Position numbers and translations under genes: made by a program. Under the pieces are notes generated by a model. The model was not told where the DNA came from and ran no database searches. It saw only the letters and a list, made by a program, of their open reading frames with translations. Of a stretch of DNA of 39,483 bases, positions 9,857-21,550 are shown piece after piece. The stretch is taken from positions 1-39,483 of the forward strand of contig NW_021833400.1 in NCBI RefSeq assembly GCF_006345805.1. The letters run 5' to 3'. How positions within the stretch are numbered: position 1 is the first letter of the stretch; the number at the start of each line of letters is the position of its first letter. Source of the stretch: Octopus sinensis. Lineage: Eukaryota.

Positions 9857-10605
9857 CGCATAGGTATGTTGTGTGGTTAATAAGTTCGCTTTGCAGCTAG
9901 GTGCTTTTGAGTTCAATCCCAGTTCGCGACACATCGGGAGAGTGTATCTTCTTCTTTTGTGCCCGGTCGACCAATGCCTTGTGAGCGAACGCTGTCGACG
10001 GAAACTTTGGAAGCTCCTTGTATACATATGTGTATGTGTCTCTCTTTCTCTTTCTCTCTTTTACTTGTTTCAGTCATTTGACTGCGGCCATGCTGGAGCA
10101 CTGCCTTTAGTCGAGCAAATCGACCCTGGGACTTATTCTTTGTAAGCCCAGTACTTATTCTATCGGTCTCTTTTGCCGAACCGCTAAGTGACGGGGACGT
10201 AAACACACCAGCATCGGTTGTCAAGCGATATTGGGGAGACAAACACAGACACACAAACACACACACACGCATATACATATATATACATATATACGACAGG
10301 CTTCTTTTCAGTTTCCGTCTACCAAATCCACTCACAAGGCATTGGTCGGCCCGAGGCTATAGCAGAAGACACTTGCCCAAGATGCCACGCAGTGGGACTG
10401 AACCCGGAACCATGTGGTTGGTAAGCAAACTACTTACCACACAGCCACTCCTGCGCCTGCGTGTGTGTGTGTGTGTTTGTTTGTTTGTTTGTTTGTTTCC
10501 CCGATACCTCATCGCTTGACAAACTTAAACAGTATAAGTACCGGGTTCCATTTCGTCGTGAAGACACACTTCAAGGCGGTGATCGAGTCTGGTCGCAGTC
10601 CAGTC
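9857..10605 (+). mobile_element. Old family B SINE interrupted by a younger inverted B copy
   Basis: The 5' half is at 9857-10039 (GAGTTCAATCCC, GACCAATGCCTTGTGAG). The 3' half is at about 10460-10605 (ATCGCTTGACAA, AAGTACC, TTCAAGGCGGTG, GGTCGCAGTC). Confidence 0.65.
10040..10457 (-). mobile_element. Full-length young family B SINE
   Basis: Near-identical in reverse complement to 14104-14490: head, CORE-like domain, internal TA/TG linker and 3' domain ending ACTGAAACAAGTAAAAGAG. Confidence 0.9.
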
Positions 10606-11093
10606 TGTTATTTTTTATCTTCAGCAAAAATATAAAAAAATAAATTATAAAATGACTTCGTAAAATTCCCTGTATTGTTGCTAAATGATATATTGATCAT
10701 CAAGAGAGAAAAATAGCGATTAATTCAATATTATTCGAATTTACAATTAAATGTCATTAGTTACGCCACTGTCTTCAGCAATTTTGTATTATCGTTTTTG
10801 TTATTTAAACTCAAGTCAGTACTGATCGAACATCTATATTTATTGCATTATTGCTATGTTCATACCGACATTTTAAGGCATAGCATACCTTGGACAATAT
10901 CCAGTGCCTTCTCTTTTTAAGAAGATAGTATATAATATGATCATATTTTAGTTGCAAAGTCTAACAGATCAATAAATAACGTAACGGATTCCTTACACAA
11001 GACTCACGATCGATGACTTCCTACTTGTTCATTATTTACATTATTTACATTATTTACATTTGACGGATATTTGTCCTCATCTTGTTTGTTGTT

Positions 11094-11139
11094 AACACAA
11101 CATTTCGGCTGATATACCCTCCAGCCTTCTTCAGGTGTT
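11094..11139 (-). ncRNA. Minimal type I hammerhead ribozyme motif
   Basis: AACAC-CUGAAGA-A-GGCUG(GAGGGUAUAU)CAGCC-GAA-AUGU-U/GUGUU. The core is intact, stem I has 5 bp, stem II has 5 bp, and helix III has no loop. Confidence 0.65.
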
Positions 11140-11190
11140 TTGGGTAAATTTCGAACCTGGGTTCTCATTCCTAAGTTATATTTTGCGATG

Positions 11191-11259
<69 letters not shown>

Positions 11260-11290
11260 GGAATGAGAACCCAGGTTCGAAATTTCCAAA

Positions 11291-11336
11291 GACACCTGAA
11301 GAAGGCTGGAGGGTATATCAGCCGAAACGTTTTGTT
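11291..11336 (+). ncRNA. Minimal type I hammerhead ribozyme motif
   Basis: GACAC-CUGAAGA-A-GGCUG(GAGGGUAUAU)CAGCC-GAA-ACGU-U/UUGUU. Helix III is the palindrome ACGU; there is one mismatch at the stem I base next to the cleavage site. Confidence 0.65.
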
Positions 11337-12443
11337 AACAACAATCAAGATGAGGATAAATATCCGTTGAATGTAAATAATGTAAATAATCTAAATAATG
11401 CACATAATTCCTCATCTCTTAAATATAAAAATGGACTTTCTTCTTATTCTCAAAATTAATCGCCATCCTTATGTTAAGACAATAGCGTATGGTTTGAATG
11501 AGATTTGGCTACTGGGACTAGCATATAAGACAACCACGATCGTAACGTACAGATAATCAAAGACGTTCCAAAAGTAGCCATTTTCCTTTTACACATAAGC
11601 AAACTCCTATTAGTTAAAGACAATTGAGTGTGAGTTGAGGGTGGTCAGGCTGCTATTTCCATTGCATGAAGTTGTTATTAGTGTTGATGTTGTTGCTGCT
11701 GGTATTGTTATTCTTGGTTATCTTGTTGTTGTTGATGTTAGTTAGCCCCAGGTCAAATCTGATCTTGTAAATCAGGGATTTGCGTAACGATTTTTTTCTT
11801 CTTTAGATTTGTGTAAAGCAATACTATTCAATATTACTTTATCTTACTTATGATGGTAGTGTAGAATCTGAAGGGACTTTTGGCTGCTATTTCTAGTAAA
11901 ATGACCAACCACAAAAACATTCCCCCCATCGAGCAATTTGATTCTCGTTTTCATGCCATATGCGTAAAGGCGTCTACTATCATGGATATACATGTCAAAG
12001 TCTGGAAATGCATAAATTTTCCTGGAAGTGATGAAACAGTCATTTATTGGTGCCTTGTGTTGGTTTAAACACTTTTGTTTATTTCTCTCCTAATCTCCCG
12101 AGATAGCATTTTTTAACGCTGAGGCACAGGAGGAAAAAACAAACAGAAAGCATGTTATTAGGTATGTGAAGATAATACGATGTCTCTCCGAATACAACCT
12201 TAACTACAAATGTTTAAGAACGAGCGAACTAGACATTTATGAAGAGAGAGACATACACATGTATATATACATGTATGCATGTATGTATGTATGAATGTAT
12301 GTATATATTCTGTGTTTTGTAATTGTAATTGTCCAGTACATAATGATATCAAAGGACTACGGTTCAACAAAGTATGCAAAACATTAAAAATATATCCTTA
12401 TATCTGAGATTTAAAATGTATATTTACGCATGTAGACAGACAT

Positions 12444-12493
<50 letters not shown>

Positions 12494-12612
12494 CATACAT
12501 ACATACATACATACATACATACATACATACATACATACATACATACATACATACATACATACATAGATGGATGGATAGAGGGATGGATGGATGGATGGAT
12601 GGATGGATGGAT
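12444..12612. repeat. Compound (GATA)n-(CATA)n-(GATG)n microsatellite
   Basis: Read directly from the sequence. Confidence 0.95.
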
Positions 12613-13885
12613 ATACAGACAGACATTTTATACATACACAAATGTATACCTATATATATAGATGTAGATTGAAAGCTACATATATACATACATAATTCTA
12701 TATAGGTGTACAGGAGTCTGAGTGTGTATGCATGTGTGTGTGTTTGTATGTATGTGTGTATGTGTGTGTGTCTGAGTAAGAAATGGGTGAGTGGGGGAGG
12801 GGTGTCATGCAGCAATTTAAACGGCGATAAATTTAATGAAGTTCTTATAGTTTTTCGATAATTGTATTCTTTAGTTTCCAAGTTGTTTATTCATCTTTAC
12901 ATATTCACTATTCTATGTATTTAGTCACATGGTCATAACAAAACAAAACATACGCACATATACACACACATGTATACGTGTAGACATACATAACAACTTG
13001 TACTAGAATGTATGCATGTATATCCATCTTTCTTTTTTCTTTAATTATACTTTTACCGAAATAGCAGGCCAATAAGAAATCTTATATCGATAGAAAATAT
13101 TGACATTTTCATCGTTAAACTTTTAAAAACTTATTTGGAATAAACTCTCCGAGGACATTGCATAACATAGAACAAAATAACTAATAAATTTATGAAGGAG
13201 ATTAAATGTAACGGAAGAATGTAAGGAATTTTTTTGAAGAAAAATCCCTTGCGTAAATATCTATATTTATATTTAATTTTCCCCGGTATTTGTGGATAAT
13301 AACTCGTTTGGTTTCAGGTTTCCAGTGAACCAATTGTCTGTCCTTTGTATTCGGAAAGACTAGTCAGCTTGACAGGCAGTTTGGATAACAAGCTACAGAA
13401 GAATATATATAATATAGGACTCCACTCAATGGACGTCGGTTGACAGTTTTCTCACCGATGTCCATTGATAAAGGCTGTATACTTACAGACATATCCACAC
13501 ATATCCTGATACACGTTACCGTTAACGACAGTGGAAATAAATGCTCCATACAGGCAAGGCAAGTAGACAAGACATTTCTACAAATTCGTTAGTTTCTATT
13601 GAAATGCCATCAATGATACTCTGGGTTTCCAATATGCAAAGCAGGGGAAATAATATTCTTCAGTTGGCTTGGTATCTTAGTTTAAAGAACGTCACATGCA
13701 AATACATATGCATACGTGTATATGCTCAGAGCCTCAAGATTGCTTGTAGACACAAGCCGTGTTTTAAAATCTTGTCTAGGTTAGTGTTTCCACAGCCACA
13801 AACTATTATAAGCTCGTATCTTTATCCTATAAATCTTTAAATCTTCAAATTGTTTCAGCTTCAAAGCTGAGGTCAAGTTTCAGCA

Positions 13886-14103
13886 ATACATACATACATA
13901 TATGCATGCATACATGCATATATACACACACGCATACATACAAACATAAACATACATACATATACTCACACACATACACAAACATACATACACACACCCA
14001 CATAAATACATACATACACACACATAGATACACACACATAAATACATACACAGATACACACATACATAGATACATACATACACACAACATACATACATAC
14101 ATA
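13886..14103. repeat. Degenerate (CATA)/(CA) microsatellite
   Basis: Read directly from the sequence. Confidence 0.9.
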
Positions 14104-14490
14104 GGCGTAGGAGTGGCTGTGTGGTAAGTAGCTTGCTTACGAATCACATGGTTTTGGGTTCAGTCCCACTGTGTGGCACCTTGGGCAAGTGTCTTCTACT
14201 ATATCCTCGGGCCGACCAAAGCCTTGTGAGTGGATTTGGTAGACGGAAACTGAAAGAAGCCCACTGTACATATGTATATATATATGTATGTGTGTATATT
14301 TTTGTGTGTCTGTGTTTGTCCCCCCAACATCGCTTGACAACCAATGCTGGTGTGTTTACGTCCCCGTAACTAAGCGGTTCAGCAAAAGAGACCGTTAGAA
14401 TAAGTACTAGGCTTACAAAGGATAAGTCCTGGGGTCGATTTGCTCGACTAAAGGCGGTACTCCAGCATGGCCACAGTAAAGTGAAGAGAG
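14104..14490 (+). mobile_element. Full-length family B CORE-like tRNA SINE (resembles octopus OR-type SINEs)
   Basis: A-box-like GTGGCTGTGTGGTAA, B-box-like GGGTTCAGTCCC, CORE-like ACCTTGGGCAAGTG, internal TA/TG linker and 3' domain. The OR-type label is from memory. Confidence 0.9.
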
Positions 14491-14554
14491 TATATACACA
14501 TACATACATACATACATACATACATACATACATACATACATACATACATACATA

Positions 14555-15707
14555 CGAGGGGCGTTCAATAAGTAATGCCTCTGACCCACTTGCAGTTGTT
14601 TGATAAGTGGCAAATTACAGCTCTGAACTAATTGTGGTTTCCGATTTACAGGTGTTTGAACTGAGTCAAGTGTGAAATGGAGCATGTTGAGTGTCGAGCA
14701 GTGATCCGGTTTTTGTATTTGAAAGGACGCACACCACGGGAGACTTTTGATGAAATGAAAGTAACTTATGGTGATGATGCCCCATCATATGACCTTGTAA
14801 AACGCTGGCATCATGAATTCAAACATGGTCGGAACTCTGTGGAAACAGCTCCCAGATCTGGTCGCCCCCTTCTGCCATTGATGAGGCATCTGTCTGTCAA
14901 GTTGAGGCTGCCATTTTGGAAGATCGACGCATAACTATTCGCCAAATAGCCCATGAGGTCAGATTAGTACCGGGTCTGTGGAAACTATCATTCATGACCA
15001 TTTGCATATGCAAAAGGTGTCTGCCAGATGGATTCCCAGGTTGCTCACACCTTTCCAGAAGCAAGAACGCGTTGATTGCTCGAGGATGAATTTGGAGATG
15101 TGCCAAGAAGATGAGTCAAAATTTTTCAAAGGACTGATTGCATAGGATAAAACCTGGGTCCATCACTATGATCCAGAGACCAAAGCCCAGTCAATGCAGT
15201 GGAAGCACCGTGACTCACCCCACAAAAGTTGCCACAATTACAGGAGTCTATTATGCTTAACTTTTGAGGAAATTAAGAGAAGCTATCAAAATCAAGAGGC
15301 GGGGCAAGATCAGCAAAGGCATCCTCCTCCTGCAGGTCAACGCTCCGATCCACAACTCGCGTGTCGCCAGATCAGAAGCACAGGCGTGCGGCTATGAACT
15401 CATCCCCCATCCCCCCTACTCTCCTGATCTTGCACCCTCTGATTTTCACCTCTTCCAGCCATGAAGTTGTTTTTGAAAGGAAAGCGTTTCCCAGATGATG
15501 CAGCCTTGATTTCTGAAGTCACGTCGTGGTTGGAGGACCAAGCTGGGGTCTTCTACAAAAACGGTCTTCAGAGCTGCATCAAACGATGGGAGAAATGCGT
15601 AACTCTGAGTGGTTCCTATGTAGAAAAAGACTAATAACTGTTCCAAGTTTCGTTGCTCTACTGCTATGGGAAGTGGGTCAGGGGCATTACTTATTGAACG
15701 CCCCTCG
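14555..15707 (+). mobile_element. Mariner (DD34D) DNA transposon, non-autonomous, probably irritans/Hsmar2-like
   Basis: 37-bp TIRs at 14555-14591 and 15671-15707 differ by 1 mismatch (CGAGGGGCGTTCAATAAGTAATGCC...). TA lies at 14553-14554 and 15708-15709. The element sits in a (CATA)n tract. Confidence 0.95.
14677..15634 (+). pseudogene. Disrupted mariner transposase
   Basis: Motifs present: HTH N-terminus with GRP, WIPRLL, DKTW, QVNA (catalytic D mutated), YSPDLAPSD with 34-residue spacing, and RWEKCV. Stops at 15143 and 15258, at least three frameshifts, and an internal deletion near 15220. Confidence 0.92.
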
Positions 15708-15795
15708 TACATGCATGCATGCATACATACATACATACATACATACATACATACATACATGCATACATACATACATACATACATACATACATACA

Positions 15796-15826
<31 letters not shown>
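15708..15826. repeat. (CATA)n microsatellite, right flank of the mariner (left part at 14491-14554)
   Basis: Read directly from the sequence. Confidence 0.95.
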
Positions 15827-15827
<1 letters not shown>

Positions 15828-15854
15828 AAACCGATTGAACAAAGTGAATCATAA

Positions 15855-15980
15855 AGACAGCGGTAATCGTTCTGGCTCTCTATCCGTTAAGTTCAAATCC
15901 CGATAAGGTCAACCTTGCTTTTCATGTTTTCGTAGTGGACAAATAAATTCTATGTCCGAGCCTGGGGTTTGATTACTCAG
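15855..15980 (+). mobile_element. Decayed family A SINE fragment
   Basis: AAGTTCAAATCCC...GGTCAACCTTGCTTTTCATG...CTGGGGTTTGAT. Confidence 0.5.
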
Positions 15981-16169
15981 TTACTCTTCCATACTTGGTT
16001 GTCTTTCTTCTGGAAGAATTCGACTGTAGTCAGAGCTGGGAAGAATTAAACCCCACTAGGCCTAAAATGCCTAATGCACAGTGTACGTTGTATATCATCA
16101 CCGGGCCTCTTAAGAGTGCATCAAGTAGTTGAGGACTCAAAAGAAAGAAACGCATGGATGTGTATGTAG

Positions 16170-16315
16170 AAATGGCTTCCAAAATGTTTTCCTTCTTCCA
16201 AATTCCATTCCAAAGATATTGGCCAAGACAAGTGTATAATACAAAGACAATTGGCCAAAGTGCTGCATCGTAGGATCGAAATAGGAACCACCTGTTGTTA
16301 CGTGAATTTCTTATC
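16170..16315 (-). mobile_element. Highly decayed family B SINE, 5' half
   Basis: GGCTTCC...TATAATACAAAGACAATTGGCCAAAGTGCTGCA...GGAACCACCTG aligns loosely with the reverse complement of B. Confidence 0.45.
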
Positions 16316-17109
16316 GACGGTGGTATGATATGTATGACAGAAGAAAAAAATTATAAGACACACTTTCGATCAACGTAGAAAAACCACCGTTTTTTCGTTT
16401 CATCATTTACTTCGACGAAGTAGTTTAAGGAACTTACTCAGGGCTCACCATTTTCTTTTTAACTTTAATATAAAATCCTTCTCCTCTTAAAAGGCTTCAC
16501 TATTTATTATAAATTCGTTTGCCGTATTTTTTCTTTGTGTGTGTGGTGTTTTGTTTAATGTATTGTTTGTTATATATATTTTTTTCATTTCTCTCATATA
16601 CTCATTTGATGGTTTTTGCAGCAGATTCCGGGAACAGCATTCTATTAGCAGAATAAAGCTATTTATATGCCCCACATATTTTATTCCTCAGTTTAATCCT
16701 TGCAAATCAATTGATAGTATTGGTAACGAATACGTATTCCTGCAAAACCATCTTGAAAAGAAAAATCCCTGTTTGGAAATCATCAAGGAACATTCCAGAT
16801 TCGATCATTTTATTTTCGTTTTCTCTCCTTTTTTCCCTTCTTTAATTCAACATTTATTTATGTTTATATTTTATATACATTTCATTTAATTTTTACTTAT
16901 GCTAATAATTATACTTTGCTACTTTATTTCCTCTTTTCAAAATTACTGACATTCTTTATTCCAGCTCTTATTCTTCCAAAAGAATGCTAATTCTGCTTAT
17001 CTTCATGTCTCTCTCTCTCTCGCTCTCTGCTTACATGTATTTCAGTTTGAAAAAAAGGCTCTTTTCTATTGAAGCAACAAAATGAACACATTCGTATGCG
17101 TATTTCAAA

Positions 17110-17156
17110 AAATACAAATATATATACATGCATACATATGCATATATATATATATA

Positions 17157-17200
<44 letters not shown>

Positions 17201-17284
17201 TTATATATACATAACATATAAATATATGTATATATTAATATATATATATATATATCTATATATATATATATATATAATATAATA

Positions 17285-17322
<38 letters not shown>

Positions 17323-17365
17323 ATATATATTTCAATCATGCAAGAATGTGTACATGTATGTAATT

Positions 17366-17404
<39 letters not shown>

Positions 17405-17470
17405 CTATGTGTGTAATTGAGTTCATCAATGTATACTTATGTGTAATTTGTGTGTGTGTGTGTAATTGGA
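17110..17470. repeat. (TA)n-rich low-complexity block
   Basis: Read directly from the sequence. Confidence 0.95.
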
Positions 17471-17684
17471 TGTACGAATGTACGTATTGTATATGTCATT
17501 TTACTTTGTGTTGTTTTGTTTGTTTGTTTGCTTTTCTTTTTTTTATTCCAGTAGTTTTTAGTTTTAATTTTGATTACCCTGCATTAACTTTGCTGGATGT
17601 CTTATTAAGTTTTAGATATATATAATCCCTTTCTCGACTAAATTCTTATCTGAAATTGATTTCAAATTGAAATTTTCTTCCATT

Positions 17685-17733
<49 letters not shown>

Positions 17734-17770
17734 AATATACACAAACATATATATATATATACATACATAT

Positions 17771-18025
17771 ACATAAACGCCTACACACATACGTATACAT
17801 ATATATAAACACATATATATATATATACATATACATAAACGCCTACACACATACGTATACATATATATAAACACATATATATATATATACATATACATAA
17901 ACGCCTACACACATACGTATACATATATATAAACACATATATATATATATATATACATCTACATAAACGCCTACACACATATGTATACATATATATAAAC
18001 ACATATATATATATATATACATATA
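17771..18025. repeat. Minisatellite, four units of 62-66 bp
   Basis: ACATAAACGCCTACACACAT occurs at 17771, 17833, 17895 and 17961. Confidence 0.9.
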
Positions 18026-18057
18026 TGTATGTGCATACTTCCTCACACGTATGTGCG

Positions 18058-18098
<41 letters not shown>

Positions 18099-18131
18099 TA
18101 TATATTTATATATATATATATATACACACAC

Positions 18132-18169
<38 letters not shown>

Positions 18170-18199
18170 TATATTTATATATATATATCACACACACAC

Positions 18200-18230
<31 letters not shown>

Positions 18231-18646
18231 CTATATTCATATATATACATATACATACGTCGTATTTGGCATGTTTGTTTTTGTTTCTAAATATTCTTTG
18301 TTTTGTTTTAGTTCTTTTTTAATTATTTTATTTCCATATTTACTTTTTCTTTTTTTTTTTGTTTTTGTTTTTTTTTCGCATATTTAAAGATTCGTTGAGT
18401 TATTGGGTCTGCATTTATCGGGTGATGGATATTTTCATTTGGATCCATCAAAATGGCAGCAACATCAGTTTATGAAATGAAACAATGGAAAGGAGAAAAA
18501 AAGAAAAAGCCCCCCCCCCCAAAAAAAATACATATAATAATAAGCGAAAACCAACAGAAAAAATTCACCAAAACAAAAACAAAAAAAAACACCACAAAAC
18601 AAACCATCATTTTCGCTTCCGTTTTCATCATCTCCCATTCTGTTAA

Positions 18647-18707
<61 letters not shown>

Positions 18708-18920
18708 ATGTATTTATTTATTATTAACAATAAATCAATCGCCTAGTTACGCATATATTCAATCCCCTATATTTATCAATGCAATTAGTTCTATTAAACA
18801 AACAAAGCCGTTACAGTTATTGCTACTATTAATTATATTGACCAAATTATGCTTACATTCTGTCGAACAATATTTATCGTCTGTAGTATTTATAGGCATT
18901 TTTTCCATTTTTATTTTATC

Positions 18921-19018
<98 letters not shown>

Positions 19019-19849
19019 TGTATGTATATATGTGTGTGTGTGTGTGTGTGTGTATATGTATGTGCGTATATAGATATAATGAACTCGTCAAAGTATCCTG
19101 GTATTCTCTGATAATGTCCTGTGCTGAGAGCACATCACCGCTCCTTTTTCTACCTATACTTCATGTCATATACATATATATATATATTGTGTGTGTTGTG
19201 TGTGTATATATATGTATATATATACATAGATATATATATAATATATATATATGTATATATATAGAGAGAGAGAGAGAAAGAGAGAGACTGAAACACGCTC
19301 ACGTATGAATATATGTGTGGGTGTATATATATATATATATATATATATGTTTGTGTATGCATATGTATATATGTGTGTGAGTGCGTTTGTGTGTCTGTTT
19401 TGTGCATATATGCATGTATTTGTGTGTTTGTTGTGTGTGTGTGTTGTGTGTGTGTGTGTGTGTGCATGTGTGCGTAACTACATGTTCTCTTAACACATTC
19501 TATTGTTGAAGTGTCATTATCTCACACACACACACACACACACACACTATCATGTCCTTTCGCTATGGTTCTGGTTACAGTTATTAGTTTCGGATCGATT
19601 TTCTAAAAACAATAGCCATGCAGATGATGCTGTTGACAGTGATAATGGTGATGATGCTGATTATGATGCTGGACGGGATATCTAATGAAGAATCCCACAA
19701 TGCATTAAACGAGAAAAGCACCAAAGAAAATGCTGCCTGCACCCCGCCCGCCGGTTATCTTGGAAGAGTCCATTTCATATCAAGCAACAGTCTCTCTGTA
19801 AGACTTTTACAAGACATTAAAAAAGATGTACGTGTAGGGTAGGTTAATT

Positions 19850-19850
<1 letters not shown>

Positions 19851-19896
<46 letters not shown>

Positions 19897-20076
19897 TCAC
19901 TATTACTAACACCACCACCACCGCCACCACTACTACTACTTCTACTATTTCTACTACTAGTGGTGATGGTGGTAGCTATGATAGTGGTAATAGTAGTAGT
20001 AGAGGTGGTGGTAGTGGTGGTGGTAATGGTAGTGGCGGTGGTAGTAGTACTGGTAGTGGTGGTGGTGATGGTAGAG

Positions 20077-20108
<32 letters not shown>

Positions 20109-20220
20109 TAATAGTGATAGTGGTGTTGGTGGTAGTATTGGTGGTGGTGTGGTGGTATTAGTAATAATAGTAGTAGTGATGGTGATGGTAGTGGTAGTGG
20201 TGGTGATGGTGGTGGTGGTG
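19851..20220. repeat. (TAC)n/(TAG)n/(GGT)n trinucleotide low-complexity block
   Basis: Read directly; it generates ORFs 19755-20246 and 19960-20310. Confidence 0.95.
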
Positions 20221-20231
20221 CTGCCGCTGGT

Positions 20232-20605
20232 CATCATCATCATCATTGTTCGACCGTGGTCGAGACAATGGAATTTACCATGCTACGTCAGACTTCACGG
20301 TCCATCATAGCATTACGGAGGTCCTGTTGCTGGATGCCTGTATCCCTGGAGATTACATTAGGGTAGGAGAGTGTGCGCCCTCTGGTATTGCGAGTAGATG
20401 GCTTCCAGAGGAGAAGAGTAGAAATTACTTCTTTTTCAGCTCTACAACAATGTCCAGCAAACTGGACTCTCCTACCTTTCACAAGAGATGACACAGGTGG
20501 TAATTTCCCATATATTTGCATTTTGGTTGGATGGCGCTTCCACGAGAGATTTTGAGCTCTCATAAGGAGGCGAGTGTATGTTCCATCCAACCGCCTCTCA
20601 AGCTT
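20232..20605 (-). mobile_element. 5'-truncated RTE-group (RTE/RTEX-like) LINE with 11-bp TSD
   Basis: ORF2 C-terminus KLERRLDGTYTRLLMRAQNLSWKRHPTK...RRVQFAGHC...LLW...RGR...MMDREV*RSMV with a (TGA)5 tail. TSD CTGCCGCTGGT lies at 20221-20231 and 20606-20616. Confidence 0.9.
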
Positions 20606-20614
20606 CTGCCGCTG

Positions 20615-20616
<2 letters not shown>

Positions 20617-20677
<61 letters not shown>

Positions 20678-20705
20678 CTGGTGCTGGTGGTAGTAGTAGT
20701 AGTAT

Positions 20706-20736
<31 letters not shown>
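20617..20736. repeat. (TAG)n microsatellite
   Basis: Read directly from the sequence. Confidence 0.95.
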
Positions 20737-20910
20737 CATCGAGCTTCATCTAGTGACAATATGAAGTTCCACAACTCCAAGATTAAGTTGGACGCTTCCA
20801 TTTCCGTCCCTGCTTATGCTCATTATCAGTTTTATGGTTCCCCCCGCAAACCACGCTCCAATCCATTGTACGATGAAGTCTTCTTAATGTACATGATATT
20901 TTTTTTTCTT

Positions 20911-21550
20911 TTATTCTTTTATTTGTTTCATTCATTGGAATACGACCATGCTGGGGCACGAGTTGAAGCAGAATTTTTAGCGTAATGAATCGATTCCAGT
21001 ACTTTTTGCATTTTTTTAATGCCTCGTAAGTATTCCATCGGTTCCTTTTGTTGAGCTGCTAGGTTTCGGAGACATAAACACGCTACAAAAGTTGTGAATC
21101 GATGCTGGGAGACAAACACAGACATACACACACATATATACACGCATACATACAGAGATACATACGTACATGCATACATACATACATACATACATACATA
21201 CATACATACATACATACACACACACATACATACATACATACATACATACATACGTACATACATACGTACATACATACATACTTACATACATACACACGTA
21301 CGTATATTCATACATACATACGTACGTACGTACGTACGTACATACATACATACATACATACATACATACATACATACATACATACATACATACATACATA
21401 CATACATAAGCACGTGGCGGGTTTCTTTTAGTTTCGGTCTCCCAGATCCACTCAACACTTTGGTTGGCCTGAGTTTATGGTAGAAGACACTTGCCGAAAG
21501 TGGCACGCCGTGGGACTGAACAGAGAACTACATGGCTGGAAGAAAACTTC
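20911..21550 (-). mobile_element. Family B SINE body with an expanded (CATA)n linker; head displaced to 22253-22277
   Basis: 3' domain at 20911-21120, linker at about 21120-21410, CORE-like domain at 21415-21550. Confidence 0.8.

Larger units (their letters stand above)
11030..11427. mobile_element. Second inverted PLE-like copy centred on (TTA)n
   Basis: 11030-11175 and 11258-11400 are reverse complements and match 8270-8407. Confidence 0.8.

Noticed and set aside
11495-11915. Recurring GGCTGCTATTTC motif (11648 and 11882, weaker near 11505)
   Set aside because: Probably fragments of another old repeat, but too short and diverged to define.
14677-14934. Mariner N-terminal ORF as a functional or domesticated gene
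   Set aside because: It ends by frameshift inside a TIR-bounded element whose remaining ORF is disrupted.
17082-19496. Many YI/CV/HT-repeat ORFs, as also at 4462-7238, 13845-14545, 20928-21506, 30798-31362 and 38540-39152
   Set aside because: These are translations of (TA)n, (TG)n and (CATA)n microsatellites and SINE sequence.
19618-19842. ORF with a non-repetitive C-terminal half and a donor-like AGG|GTAGGT
   Set aside because: No recognisable protein or convincing in-frame acceptor, and the N-terminal half is decayed (GAT)n.
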